NCBI GenBank assembly: GCA_963677895.2
Contig: CAXXGJ010000003.1
Span: forward strand, 1 to 11,818
DNA from: Treponemataceae bacterium
GTDB lineage: Bacteria > Spirochaetota > Spirochaetia > Treponematales > Rectinemataceae
Length of the DNA: 11,818 nt
Direction: 5' to 3'
Under the pieces are notes generated by a model. That model saw only the letters and a list, made by a program, of their open reading frames with translations. It was not told where the DNA came from and did not search any database. A program made the position numbers and the translations under genes. This document shows, piece by piece, positions 1-6,092 of this stretch. The stretch's first letter is position 1, and every line of letters begins with the position of its first letter.

Positions 1-447
1 CTCGGCGAAATAATAGAACTCCACCGGCCAGCGCAACTCGACAGGCAAGGCGGAAACCGCGCGCCGCAGCGCCTCCCCGCTCAACTTCCGTTCCACATCC
101 TCGGCCGGATCGGCGGGGGCCGCGGTCGCCGCCATCATGCCGGCCGCCTCGGTCTTGCGCCGTTCCGACGAAAAAACGCGGAATCGCGTGCGCACGTGAT
201 TGCCCGCGATCGCGAAAAGCCAGGCCGGGAAACTTTCTCCCTGCCTGAAGGAAGCCAGCGAGTTGAAAGCCCTGATGAAAACATCCTGGGCGGCGTCGCG
301 GGCATCCTCGTCGGATCTCATCCTGGACCGGCAGAACGCGAAAACCCTGCTTCCATATTTATCCACGAGGATGCGGTAGGCCTCCCGGTCGCCCGAGAGA
401 ACTCTGGCCACCACCTCGCTGTCATTGTTGCGCAACTCACCGGTCAT
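1..447 (-). CDS. ECF-family (sigma70 group 4) RNA polymerase sigma factor, 3'-partial (runs off window start)
   Basis: Manual minus-strand translation from ATG at 447 gives 149 uninterrupted codons: MTGELRNNDSEVVARVLSGDREAYRILVDKY...DARDAAQDVFIRAFNSLASFRQGESFPAWLFAIAGN...ALRRAVSALPVELRWPVEFYYFAE. It shows ECF region 2 (DAxDxxQDVFIRA, F.AWLF.IA.N) and the start of region 4. An alternative in-frame ATG lies at 480. The ORF track misses it, probably because the stop lies outside the window. Confidence 0.92.
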   Translation of the reverse strand, partial: MTGELRNNDSEVVARVLSGDREAYRILVDKYGSRVFAFCRSRMRSDEDARDAAQDVFIRAFNSLASFRQGESFPAWLFAIAGNHVRTRFRVFSSERRKTEAAGMMAATAAPADPAEDVERKLSGEALRRAVSALPVELRWPVEFYYFAE

Positions 448-495
448 ATGGACGAAGTATACCCAAGACGAGGCCTTCATGCCAGAACCAATTCC

Positions 496-522
496 TGCAA
501 CCACGCCCGGCCTGGGCGCGTA
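496..522 (+). promoter_or_regulatory. Candidate ECF-sigma promoter for the secreted-protein gene
   Basis: TGCAAC (496-501), 17 nt, CGTA (519-522) resembles the AAC/CGT ECF promoter pattern. It lies upstream of SD GGAGGT (555-560) and divergent from the ECF gene. Confidence 0.4.
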
Positions 523-565
523 TCCACCCATAGACTCCCTCGAAAAAGGGAAACGGAGGTACAGA

Positions 566-1130
566 ATGCGGAAAAACAAAAAAATCATCGCTCTGTTGGC
601 GATACTGGCATTTTCATTCATAGCGGCGGTGGGACTTTCGGCCCAGACCACGGGCGAAGGCGACGATCTCGACGAGGAACTCTCGCTGGTCAATGACGAG
701 GGAGAACAGGATCTCGAAGGACTACTCCTCAAACTCAGCGTTGAATTCAACGTCGACCTTGTCGTCCTCCAGGACCTTTCCACCCAAGGCTACGCGCCCG
801 GCGAAATCTGGTTGGCCCTGGAAATCTCCCAGGCCACCGAAAAACCCCTCGCGGAATCCATCCTGCTCGCGGACGGCGTCGAAGGCCACGGCTGGGGGCA
901 TCCTCGCCCAGACCATCGGCATAGTCCCCGGATCGGCCGAGTTCTTTGCCCTCAAACAGAAATGGGGCAACCACCAGGGCAAAATCTTCAAGGAAATGAA
1001 GCAGGAGCGCGAAAACAACGCCGGCGGCAAGGGCAAAGGCGATGGTGAGAACGACAATGACGATGACAGCAATGACAACGATGGCGAAAGCAACGGTAAC
1101 AACAATGGCAACGGCAAGAGCGGCAAATAA
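566..1130 (+). CDS. Secreted hypothetical protein with acidic N-terminal region and Gly/Asn/Asp/Lys low-complexity tail; one apparent frameshift
   Basis: SD GGAGGT precedes ATG 566, followed by a Sec-type signal peptide MRKNKKIIALLAILAFSFIAAVGLSA. Removing one G from the G5 run (894-898) joins ORFs 425..1048 and 693..1130 into ...GHGWGILAQTIGIVPGSAEFFALK...NGNNNGNGKSGK*. A terminator follows. Confidence 0.8.
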
Positions 1131-1157
1131 CCGCTGACTCCTTGCCATCATCGACAG

Positions 1158-1192
1158 GCCGCCCACGCGAAAGCGCGGGCGGCTTTCTTTTT
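1158..1192 (+). terminator. Rho-independent terminator
   Basis: GCCGCCC-A-CGC GAAA GCG-C-GGGCGGC stem (one mismatch, GAAA tetraloop) followed by TTTCTTTTT, about 28 nt after the stop at 1130. Confidence 0.9.
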
Positions 1193-1548
1193 AAGGAAGT
1201 CATACAGGATTTACGCGATTGAAGAGGTATCTATTGTCGACTATCATTAAGGAGAAGATGAATATGACGAAGGAATATATCGAAACACCTGCAATAGGAG
1301 CAATCATACGAGAAGAATTTCTTGAGCCTCTCGGTATTACCCCATATAGGCTATCTAAAGAACTAAATGTCTCAACAAGCACAGTACTGGACCTGCTGCA
1401 TAACAAGAGAAAAATTACTGTTGAGATGGCATTGAGTCTATCAAAGTTTTTCGGGAACTCGTATAAGTTTTGGCTTAATCTTCAGAATGAGCTGGAAATA
1501 CGAGAAACCAAAAAAAAGATGGGAACCGAACTCGATAAAATAAGGAAG
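1192..1548. repeat. 8-bp direct repeat TAAGGAAG (1192-1199 and 1541-1548) flanking the AT-rich higB'/higA islet
   Basis: The identical 8-mer is read at both positions, approximately coinciding with the compositional boundaries. Confidence 0.5.
1215..1250 (+). pseudogene. higB: 3' remnant of a HigB/RelE-family toxin gene
   Basis: Translates as AIEEVSIVDYH* (stop 1248-1250), matching the characteristic HigB C-terminus (V.IVDYH*) directly upstream of higA. There is no room upstream for the rest of the gene. Confidence 0.75.
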
Positions 1549-1575
1549 AACGTTGAACACACAAGCGTTGTATGA
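1264..1575 (+). CDS. higA: HigA-family addiction module antitoxin (XRE/HTH)
   Basis: TPAIGAIIREEFLEPLGITPYRLSKEL...KRKITVEMALSLSKFFGNSYKFWLNLQ is the typical HigA pattern. SD AAGGAG at 1249-1254 favours ATG 1264 (alternative 1258). Much more AT-rich than its neighbours. Confidence 0.92.
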   Translation: MTKEYIETPAIGAIIREEFLEPLGITPYRLSKELNVSTSTVLDLLHNKRKITVEMALSLSKFFGNSYKFWLNLQNELEIRETKKKMGTELDKIRKNVEHTSVV

Positions 1576-2224
1576 CGGCTATCTAAAAGAGAGGGAAGAG
1601 CTCGCGTATTTCATGCGGAGGTTATACGAGCGAGGCCTCACCACCTGTTCCGGCGGAAACTTGAGCGTAAAGACGCCCACGGGCCTTATCCTCATCACCC
1701 CGTCCGCCTTGGACAAGGGGTGCATCCAGGGAGACCAGATTGGCATGATCTCCCCTGAAGGCGAAAACCTCAGCCCCCGGCTCAAGACCAGCATCGAGAC
1801 GGAAATGCACCGCCGCGTTTACGAAGCGAGGCCGGACGTTAAGGCCATCGTCCACGCCCACCCCGTGACAGCCACAAGCTTTACCGCCATGAAAGCCACC
1901 ATACTGACCACCCTGACCGCCGAAGCCTACGTGCTGCTCGGAATCCCCGCCTGGGCCGAATACGCGCTCATGGGCACGAGCGAGCTCGCGGCGATCGTGG
2001 CCGAGCGGGCGGCCACATCCAACATCGTTCTCCTCGAAAACCACGGCGTGCTCGCCACCGGTTCCACGCTGCTCGAAGCCTTCGACCGCATGGAAGTGCT
2101 GGAAGCCGCCGCTAAGATGACCCTCTATACCCACATGATGGGCGGCCCCTCCCCGATTGACGCGGAGCGGCTAGAAGAATTGAATAGATTCATGGCAGGC
2201 AAGGCGGCTCCGGCAGGCAAATAG
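1553..2224 (+). CDS. Class II aldolase/adducin family protein (FucA/Ald2-like, metal-dependent)
   Basis: Motifs GGNLS, ITPS, SIETEMH, RPDVKAIVHAHP and LLENHG (HxH plus distal His metal ligands, catalytic Glu). TTG start with AAGGA upstream; overlaps the higA 3' end by 23 nt. The start is uncertain. Confidence 0.9.
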   Translation: MNTQALYDGYLKEREELAYFMRRLYERGLTTCSGGNLSVKTPTGLILITPSALDKGCIQGDQIGMISPEGENLSPRLKTSIETEMHRRVYEARPDVKAIVHAHPVTATSFTAMKATILTTLTAEAYVLLGIPAWAEYALMGTSELAAIVAERAATSNIVLLENHGVLATGSTLLEAFDRMEVLEAAAKMTLYTHMMGGPSPIDAERLEELNRFMAGKAAPAGK

Positions 2225-2259
2225 GCCGGCACAGCCCCTACCGCAGCCAAGGAGAATAC

Positions 2260-3309
2260 GTGGACCGTCAGGACAAAGACCTCGCCTTCATGCTCAAGTA
2301 CGAAAACGTCGCCTGGTACGACGGCGAAGCGGTGCGCATCCTCGACCGCCGCGTCTATCCCGCCAGGATCGAATACGTCACCTGCAAAACCTACGCGGAC
2401 GTGATCGCGGCCATCAAAGCCATGGTCACCCAGTCGGGAGGCCCCTATGTGGCCGCCGGCATGGGAATGGCCCTCGCCGCCAAAGCCATAGACAGCGGCG
2501 CCACAAATAGTGGCGACGACAAGGGCAGCTTCCCCTCGCGCATCGCCAAGGCATCCTTTGAAATCTCCCACGCCCGCCCCACCACGGCCGAAAAAATGGC
2601 CACGATCACCGAGGCCTGCGCCAAGGTGGCCATCGAGGCCAAGGCCGCCGGCAAAGCGCCCGACAAGGCCGTCTTCGAGCACACCATCGACGCGGTGAAC
2701 AAACGCTACGCCCGCAGCGCCGCGAGCGCGATATACCTCGTCGACCAGTTCCCCGACAACGGCACCGTCATGACCCAGTGCTTCGCGGAAACCATCGTCG
2801 GCATGATGCTGCGCGAATGCCGGAGCCGGGGCAAAACCATCAAAGTCATCTGCCCCGAGACCAGACCCTACTTCCAGGGCGCCCGTCTCACTGCCAGCGT
2901 CGTCCGCGACATGGACTTCGACGTCACCGTCATCACCGACAATATGCCCGGCTACACCATGAAAGCCAAGCAGGTCGACGTCTTCACCTCGGCGGCCGAC
3001 GTCATCTGCATGGACGGCCACATCGTCAACAAGGTCGGCACCTTCCAGATCGCCCTCGCGGCGCGCTATTGGGGCATACCCTACTTCTGCACGGGCTCGC
3101 CCAACCGCCAGCACCCCACCATCGACACGGTGAAGATCGAAGAACGCGACGAAAACGACGTCCTCGAAGCCATGGGCGTCCGCACCGCCATGCAGGGCGT
3201 GCACGGCTTCTACCCCGCCTTCGACATCACCCCGCCCAAACTCTGCGACGGCATCGTCACCGACAAGGGTATCTTCCCGCCCTACGACCTCGCGCGCTAC
3301 TACGCCTAG
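2260..3309 (+). CDS. mtnA: MtnA-like sugar-phosphate isomerase (eIF2B-related family), divergent subfamily
   Basis: ILDRR..P, ARPT, ETRPYFQGARLT, ITDNM, NKVGT, PAFDITP and GIVTDKG motifs; SD AAGGAG before GTG 2260. Canonical VRGAP and HCNAG appear as TQSGGP and QCFAE, so the family call is secure but the substrate is not. Confidence 0.85.
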   Translation: MDRQDKDLAFMLKYENVAWYDGEAVRILDRRVYPARIEYVTCKTYADVIAAIKAMVTQSGGPYVAAGMGMALAAKAIDSGATNSGDDKGSFPSRIAKASFEISHARPTTAEKMATITEACAKVAIEAKAAGKAPDKAVFEHTIDAVNKRYARSAASAIYLVDQFPDNGTVMTQCFAETIVGMMLRECRSRGKTIKVICPETRPYFQGARLTASVVRDMDFDVTVITDNMPGYTMKAKQVDVFTSAADVICMDGHIVNKVGTFQIALAARYWGIPYFCTGSPNRQHPTIDTVKIEERDENDVLEAMGVRTAMQGVHGFYPAFDITPPKLCDGIVTDKGIFPPYDLARYYA

Positions 3310-4595
3310 TTATCGACGCGCGGCCTTTTAGCCATGGCCTCGGCCGCGAGCGAGCCGGTCGAGAAGGCTGCCTGAAGGTTGTAGCCGCCTGTGTCGCCGT
3401 CGATGTCCAGGACCTCGCCCGCGAAGAAGAGGCCGGGGACAAGGCGAGACTCCATGCTGCCGGGGTTCACCTCGGCGAGATCGACGCCTCCCGCAGTGAC
3501 CATGGCCACTTCGAGGGTGCCGAGGCGCGCCACGTAGAAAGGATGGGCGCAGGCGAAACGGCAGAGGGCTTCCCGCTTGGCGCGGGGAAGGGCCGCCGCG
3601 GTTTCTTCCTTGGTTATGCCTGATAGGTCGCAGAACAGTTCCGCCATGTTTTTCGTCAGACCGAGATCGGCGAGGGCGGTGCGGACCAGGCGCCGGGGGT
3701 TGGTTTTAAGCTCGGCGTCCAGGCGGTTCCGGAATTCCTCAATAGCAACATCGACAAAATTGACCTCGAGGCTGTCGCCCGGCGCGATATGGCGCGACGC
3801 GTCGAGGATGAGAGGGCCCGAGAGGCCTTCGTGGGTTATGAGAAGATCGCCTTCGGCGGAAAAGACGCGTTTGCCCTCGCGCAGCACCGAGAGGCCCGCG
3901 TCATGGAAGGAAAGCCCCGCGAGAGAGTTGAGCGCGAAATTCCGGACGTAAACGGGCGCGAGGGCCGGCCTGGGCGGTACGACGCGGTGCCCAAGGGAGG
4001 CCGCGAGCGCGTAGCCGTCGCCCGTGCTGCCGGTCTTGGGGTAGGACAGGCCTCCCGTGGCGATGAGGACAACAGGAGCGCTATATTCGGCGGGCTCCGG
4101 AGCAGCCGCAGTCCCTGTCTCCACCCGCACGAGAAAGCCCTCGGAGACGCTTATGCCGCTGACGCGGCTGTTCGCCGCGATGCGTACGCCGAGGCGATAG
4201 GCTTCGTCCTGGAGAATCTTGAGAACGGACGTGGCGCGGCGGTCGGCGGGGAAGATCTTGCCCGAATCCTCGGTCTCGAATTCCATGCCCTTGGCGTGGA
4301 ACCAGGCGAGGAGCTCCTCGTTGGTGAAGGCGTAGAGGGCCGGCTTGAGGAAGCGGGCCGCCGATTCGGCCTTTGGGCCGCCGCCGTAGCGGCCGAGGAA
4401 GTCGGCGATTTCCCCCGCGTGGGTGAGGTTGCACTGGCCGGAACCGGAGAGAAGAAGCTTGCGGGCTGGTTTCTCGCGGCGCTCGAGAATGAGGATGCCC
4501 TCGCCGCCGATGGTTTCGGCAAGCCGAATAGCGGCGAAGAGGCCAGCGGGACCAGCGCCGATGATGATAGCCGTATAGGTTTGAATAGTAGGCAT
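3306..4595 (-). CDS. HI0933/YhiN(BaiN)-family NAD(P)/FAD-dependent flavoprotein
   Basis: Likely start ATG 4595 (MPTIQTYTAIIIGAGPAGLFAA). Motifs KLLLSGSGQCNLT, GKIFP, ATGGLSYPKTGSTGDGY, LITHEGLSGP, VTAGGV and GLFFAGEVLDIDGDTGGYNLQAAFSTG. The stop overlaps the mtnA stop (CTAG, 3306-3309). Confidence 0.93.
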   Translation of the reverse strand: MPTIQTYTAIIIGAGPAGLFAAIRLAETIGGEGILILERREKPARKLLLSGSGQCNLTHAGEIADFLGRYGGGPKAESAARFLKPALYAFTNEELLAWFHAKGMEFETEDSGKIFPADRRATSVLKILQDEAYRLGVRIAANSRVSGISVSEGFLVRVETGTAAAPEPAEYSAPVVLIATGGLSYPKTGSTGDGYALAASLGHRVVPPRPALAPVYVRNFALNSLAGLSFHDAGLSVLREGKRVFSAEGDLLITHEGLSGPLILDASRHIAPGDSLEVNFVDVAIEEFRNRLDAELKTNPRRLVRTALADLGLTKNMAELFCDLSGITKEETAAALPRAKREALCRFACAHPFYVARLGTLEVAMVTAGGVDLAEVNPGSMESRLVPGLFFAGEVLDIDGDTGGYNLQAAFSTGSLAAEAMAKRPRVDN

Positions 4596-5101
4596 TACGT
4601 GGATAATACCGGAGAAAGAGAATCTTTGACAGGATCTGCCTTCATGTACCGAACGCCGAAACACTCCCCCTCCATGTCCACCAGTTTCACCTCGCAGATC
4701 GCGGGCTCGACTGGCGCGATGTCGATGACGATCCGGAAGCCGACTTCCTCGGCAAGGAGGCCCGTCACCTTCACCCAGCCTGAGTGGACGGACGCTTTTC
4801 GCGCGAAGGCGATGCGGGCGTCCAGTCCCATGAAGCGCAGCCGGCGTTTGACCGCGAAGAGCCACTGTTCGGGTTTGTACCCCTTCTTGTCCACGAGGCT
4901 GAATTCGAGGTCGGTTATATATTCTGACGCTCCAGAGGCGAAATGGCGGGCGCTCTCTCCCGTCAGGCAGAGTTTTTCGAAGGCCCCCAGCTCGTGCAGC
5001 GAGCGAAGCGCCGCGGCCTGGATGCATGCTCGTATCGCGCAAAGTTTCTCTTCAGGCGTTTCGGCCTTGTCGGCTATCTCGAGGATTTCTTCCCGCATCA
5101 T
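4595..5101 (-). CDS. AbiEii-like nucleotidyltransferase-fold protein, catalytically degenerate and C-terminally truncated (168 aa)
   Basis: IRACIQAAALRSLHELGAFEKLCLTGESARHFASGASEYITDLEFSL aligns by eye with the AbiEii N-terminus (RE.LQ..IL..L...G.F..L.F.GGT.LR..YG..RFSEDLDFSL). ATGA overlap with the upstream AbiEi-like gene; TAATG overlap with the flavoprotein gene. Confidence 0.72.
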   Translation of the reverse strand: MMREEILEIADKAETPEEKLCAIRACIQAAALRSLHELGAFEKLCLTGESARHFASGASEYITDLEFSLVDKKGYKPEQWLFAVKRRLRFMGLDARIAFARKASVHSGWVKVTGLLAEEVGFRIVIDIAPVEPAICEVKLVDMEGECFGVRYMKADPVKDSLSPVLST

Positions 5102-5721
5102 AGGGCTGCCCTCAGGTAGGCTCCGGTGGCGCGCGCGAGCCGTGGCCGGCCCGCGCGCGCCGCAAACACCTCCAGCTGATCCAGATCCAGCGCCCCGCGA
5201 CCCAAGCCCGCGTTCATAATCCGCCCCTCGTCCCATTCCCCGCCCTCGATGAACCAGTAGTCCAGAAGCGCCTTCTCGGGAAGGGCCATCCGTACCCTGT
5301 TCCCGCCAATCAGCTCGGTCCTCGTGCCGAAAAGCAGGTCGCGGGGAAAGGTGGTGTAGGAATAGCGGCCAAAGGAGTTTTCGAAGACCTTGGCGGGGCG
5401 CGCCGTCACCGAGTCGAACTCCGGGCGCTCGCCCTCGGCATCAACAGGAAGCAGCCCATAGCGCCGCAAGGCCCAGGCTCCCGAAAGATAGGAGGGCGGA
5501 TACAAAGCTTCGGCCAGGCAGGCGCCATCGATGGGCGAATGCCTCCAAGGCTCGGCCAGCGCGAACAAGCCTCGCCGCAGCTCGATCAATTTGCCCGATT
5601 CCCGCCATCGGTACAGCTCCGTATGCACGCAGGCTGAGGCCTCGCCCGAGAGAAGATGGACCATCTCGAAGTCAAACCAGGCTCTATCCCCGAAGGTTTG
5701 CACGATTTCATTGAATTTCAT
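5098..5721 (-). CDS. AbiEi-family type IV TA antitoxin / wHTH transcriptional regulator
   Basis: LYRWRESGKLIELRRGLF, LAEALYPPSYLS..WAL..YGLLP, SVT, FENSFGRYSY and ALPEKALLD match the AbiEi antitoxin pattern; paired with an AbiEii-like gene. Confidence 0.85.
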   Translation of the reverse strand: MKFNEIVQTFGDRAWFDFEMVHLLSGEASACVHTELYRWRESGKLIELRRGLFALAEPWRHSPIDGACLAEALYPPSYLSGAWALRRYGLLPVDAEGERPEFDSVTARPAKVFENSFGRYSYTTFPRDLLFGTRTELIGGNRVRMALPEKALLDYWFIEGGEWDEGRIMNAGLGRGALDLDQLEVFAARAGRPRLARATGAYLRAAL

Positions 5722-5728
5722 CGGCTTT

Positions 5729-5756
5729 ACTATACACTACTGTTCAGTAATGTAAA
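5729..5756 (-). promoter_or_regulatory. sigma70-type promoter of the AbiEi-like unit (probably leaderless) with overlapping palindromic operator
   Basis: Minus strand TTTACA (5756-5751), 16 nt, TATAGT (5734-5729), 7 nt, ATG, with no SD. Inverted repeat TACACTACTG-TT-CAGTAATGTA (5733-5754, 9/10 arm match) spans the spacer. Confidence 0.7.
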
Positions 5757-5818
5757 TGTTTTCCGCAGATTTTTAGAATCTCAAAGCCTTTCCGTTAAAT
5801 TAAAATCCAGCGCCTGAA

Positions 5819-5889
5819 ACAAAAATATTTTTGTGCCAGCCCTTGCGTCCTGCCGATACTGTTCATAGAATGTTCAAAGATTGAACATT
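5819..5889 (+). promoter_or_regulatory. sigma70-type promoter of the polysaccharide locus with two flanking palindromes
   Basis: TTGCGT (5843-5848), 17 nt, TAGAAT (5866-5871). Perfect 16-bp palindrome ACAAAAATATTTTTGT (5819-5834) upstream. Perfect 9-bp inverted repeat AATGTTCAA-AGA-TTGAACATT (5869-5889) over the -10/start region. Confidence 0.6.
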
Positions 5890-5904
5890 GAACCGTAAAG
5901 CGAA

Positions 5905-6020
5905 CGATCAGCGTGTTTCGGCCGCGATCAGTGCGCAGCGGCGACAAATCCTCTGTTTTAAGAGGATCCAGCCACAACGGCTGGAGGGCGAAGCCGTGTT
6001 GCATAAGTCGCAACTTTCTT
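5905..6020 (+). other. Putative structured RNA element in the 5' leader of the polysaccharide operon
   Basis: Consecutive hairpins at 5906-5929 (UUCG loop), 5948-5967, 5968-5984 and 5987-5995, with long-range pairing 5941-5945/6007-6011. Folded by eye only. Confidence 0.35.
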
Positions 6021-6092
6021 ATACCAAATCTCAGTTATTGATACTATCTTCATTTTTGATGAATCCTATTAAATACCAGGAGTCTATGTACT

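Noticed and set aside
196..696. Plus-strand ORF 196..696 and the 425-565 extension of the secreted protein
   Set aside because: Both overlap the ECF sigma gene on the opposite strand. The SD and signal peptide define the start at 566.
1040..1127. GAC/AAC/AAT/GGC-rich quasi-repeats
   Set aside because: These are codons of a low-complexity Asp/Asn/Gly protein tail, not a tandem DNA repeat or CRISPR array.
2194..2220. GGCAGGCAA direct repeat at the aldolase 3' end
   Set aside because: Only 9 bp; it encodes AGK twice, with no sign of a mobile-element boundary.
4596..5042. 149-codon N-terminal extension of the flavoprotein in the ORF track (578 aa), or an AbiEii-flavoprotein fusion
   Set aside because: The extension is Arg/Gly/Pro-rich off-frame sequence overlapping the AbiEii-like gene, and the FAD-binding motif begins just after ATG 4595. 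A fusion would need an indel error near 4600-4645; this cannot be excluded in this assembly but has no positive support.
2125..5219. Long alternative-frame ORFs (2125..3204 -, 2778..3623 +, 3789..5219 + and smaller ones)
   Set aside because: Shadow ORFs of GC-rich genes. They have no recognisable motifs and overlap well-supported CDSs.
5941..6011. Cloverleaf-like fold as a tRNA or known riboswitch
   Set aside because: No T-loop or D-loop consensus, wrong arm geometry, and no recognisable c-di-GMP or other aptamer consensus. Kept only as an unassigned structured leader.
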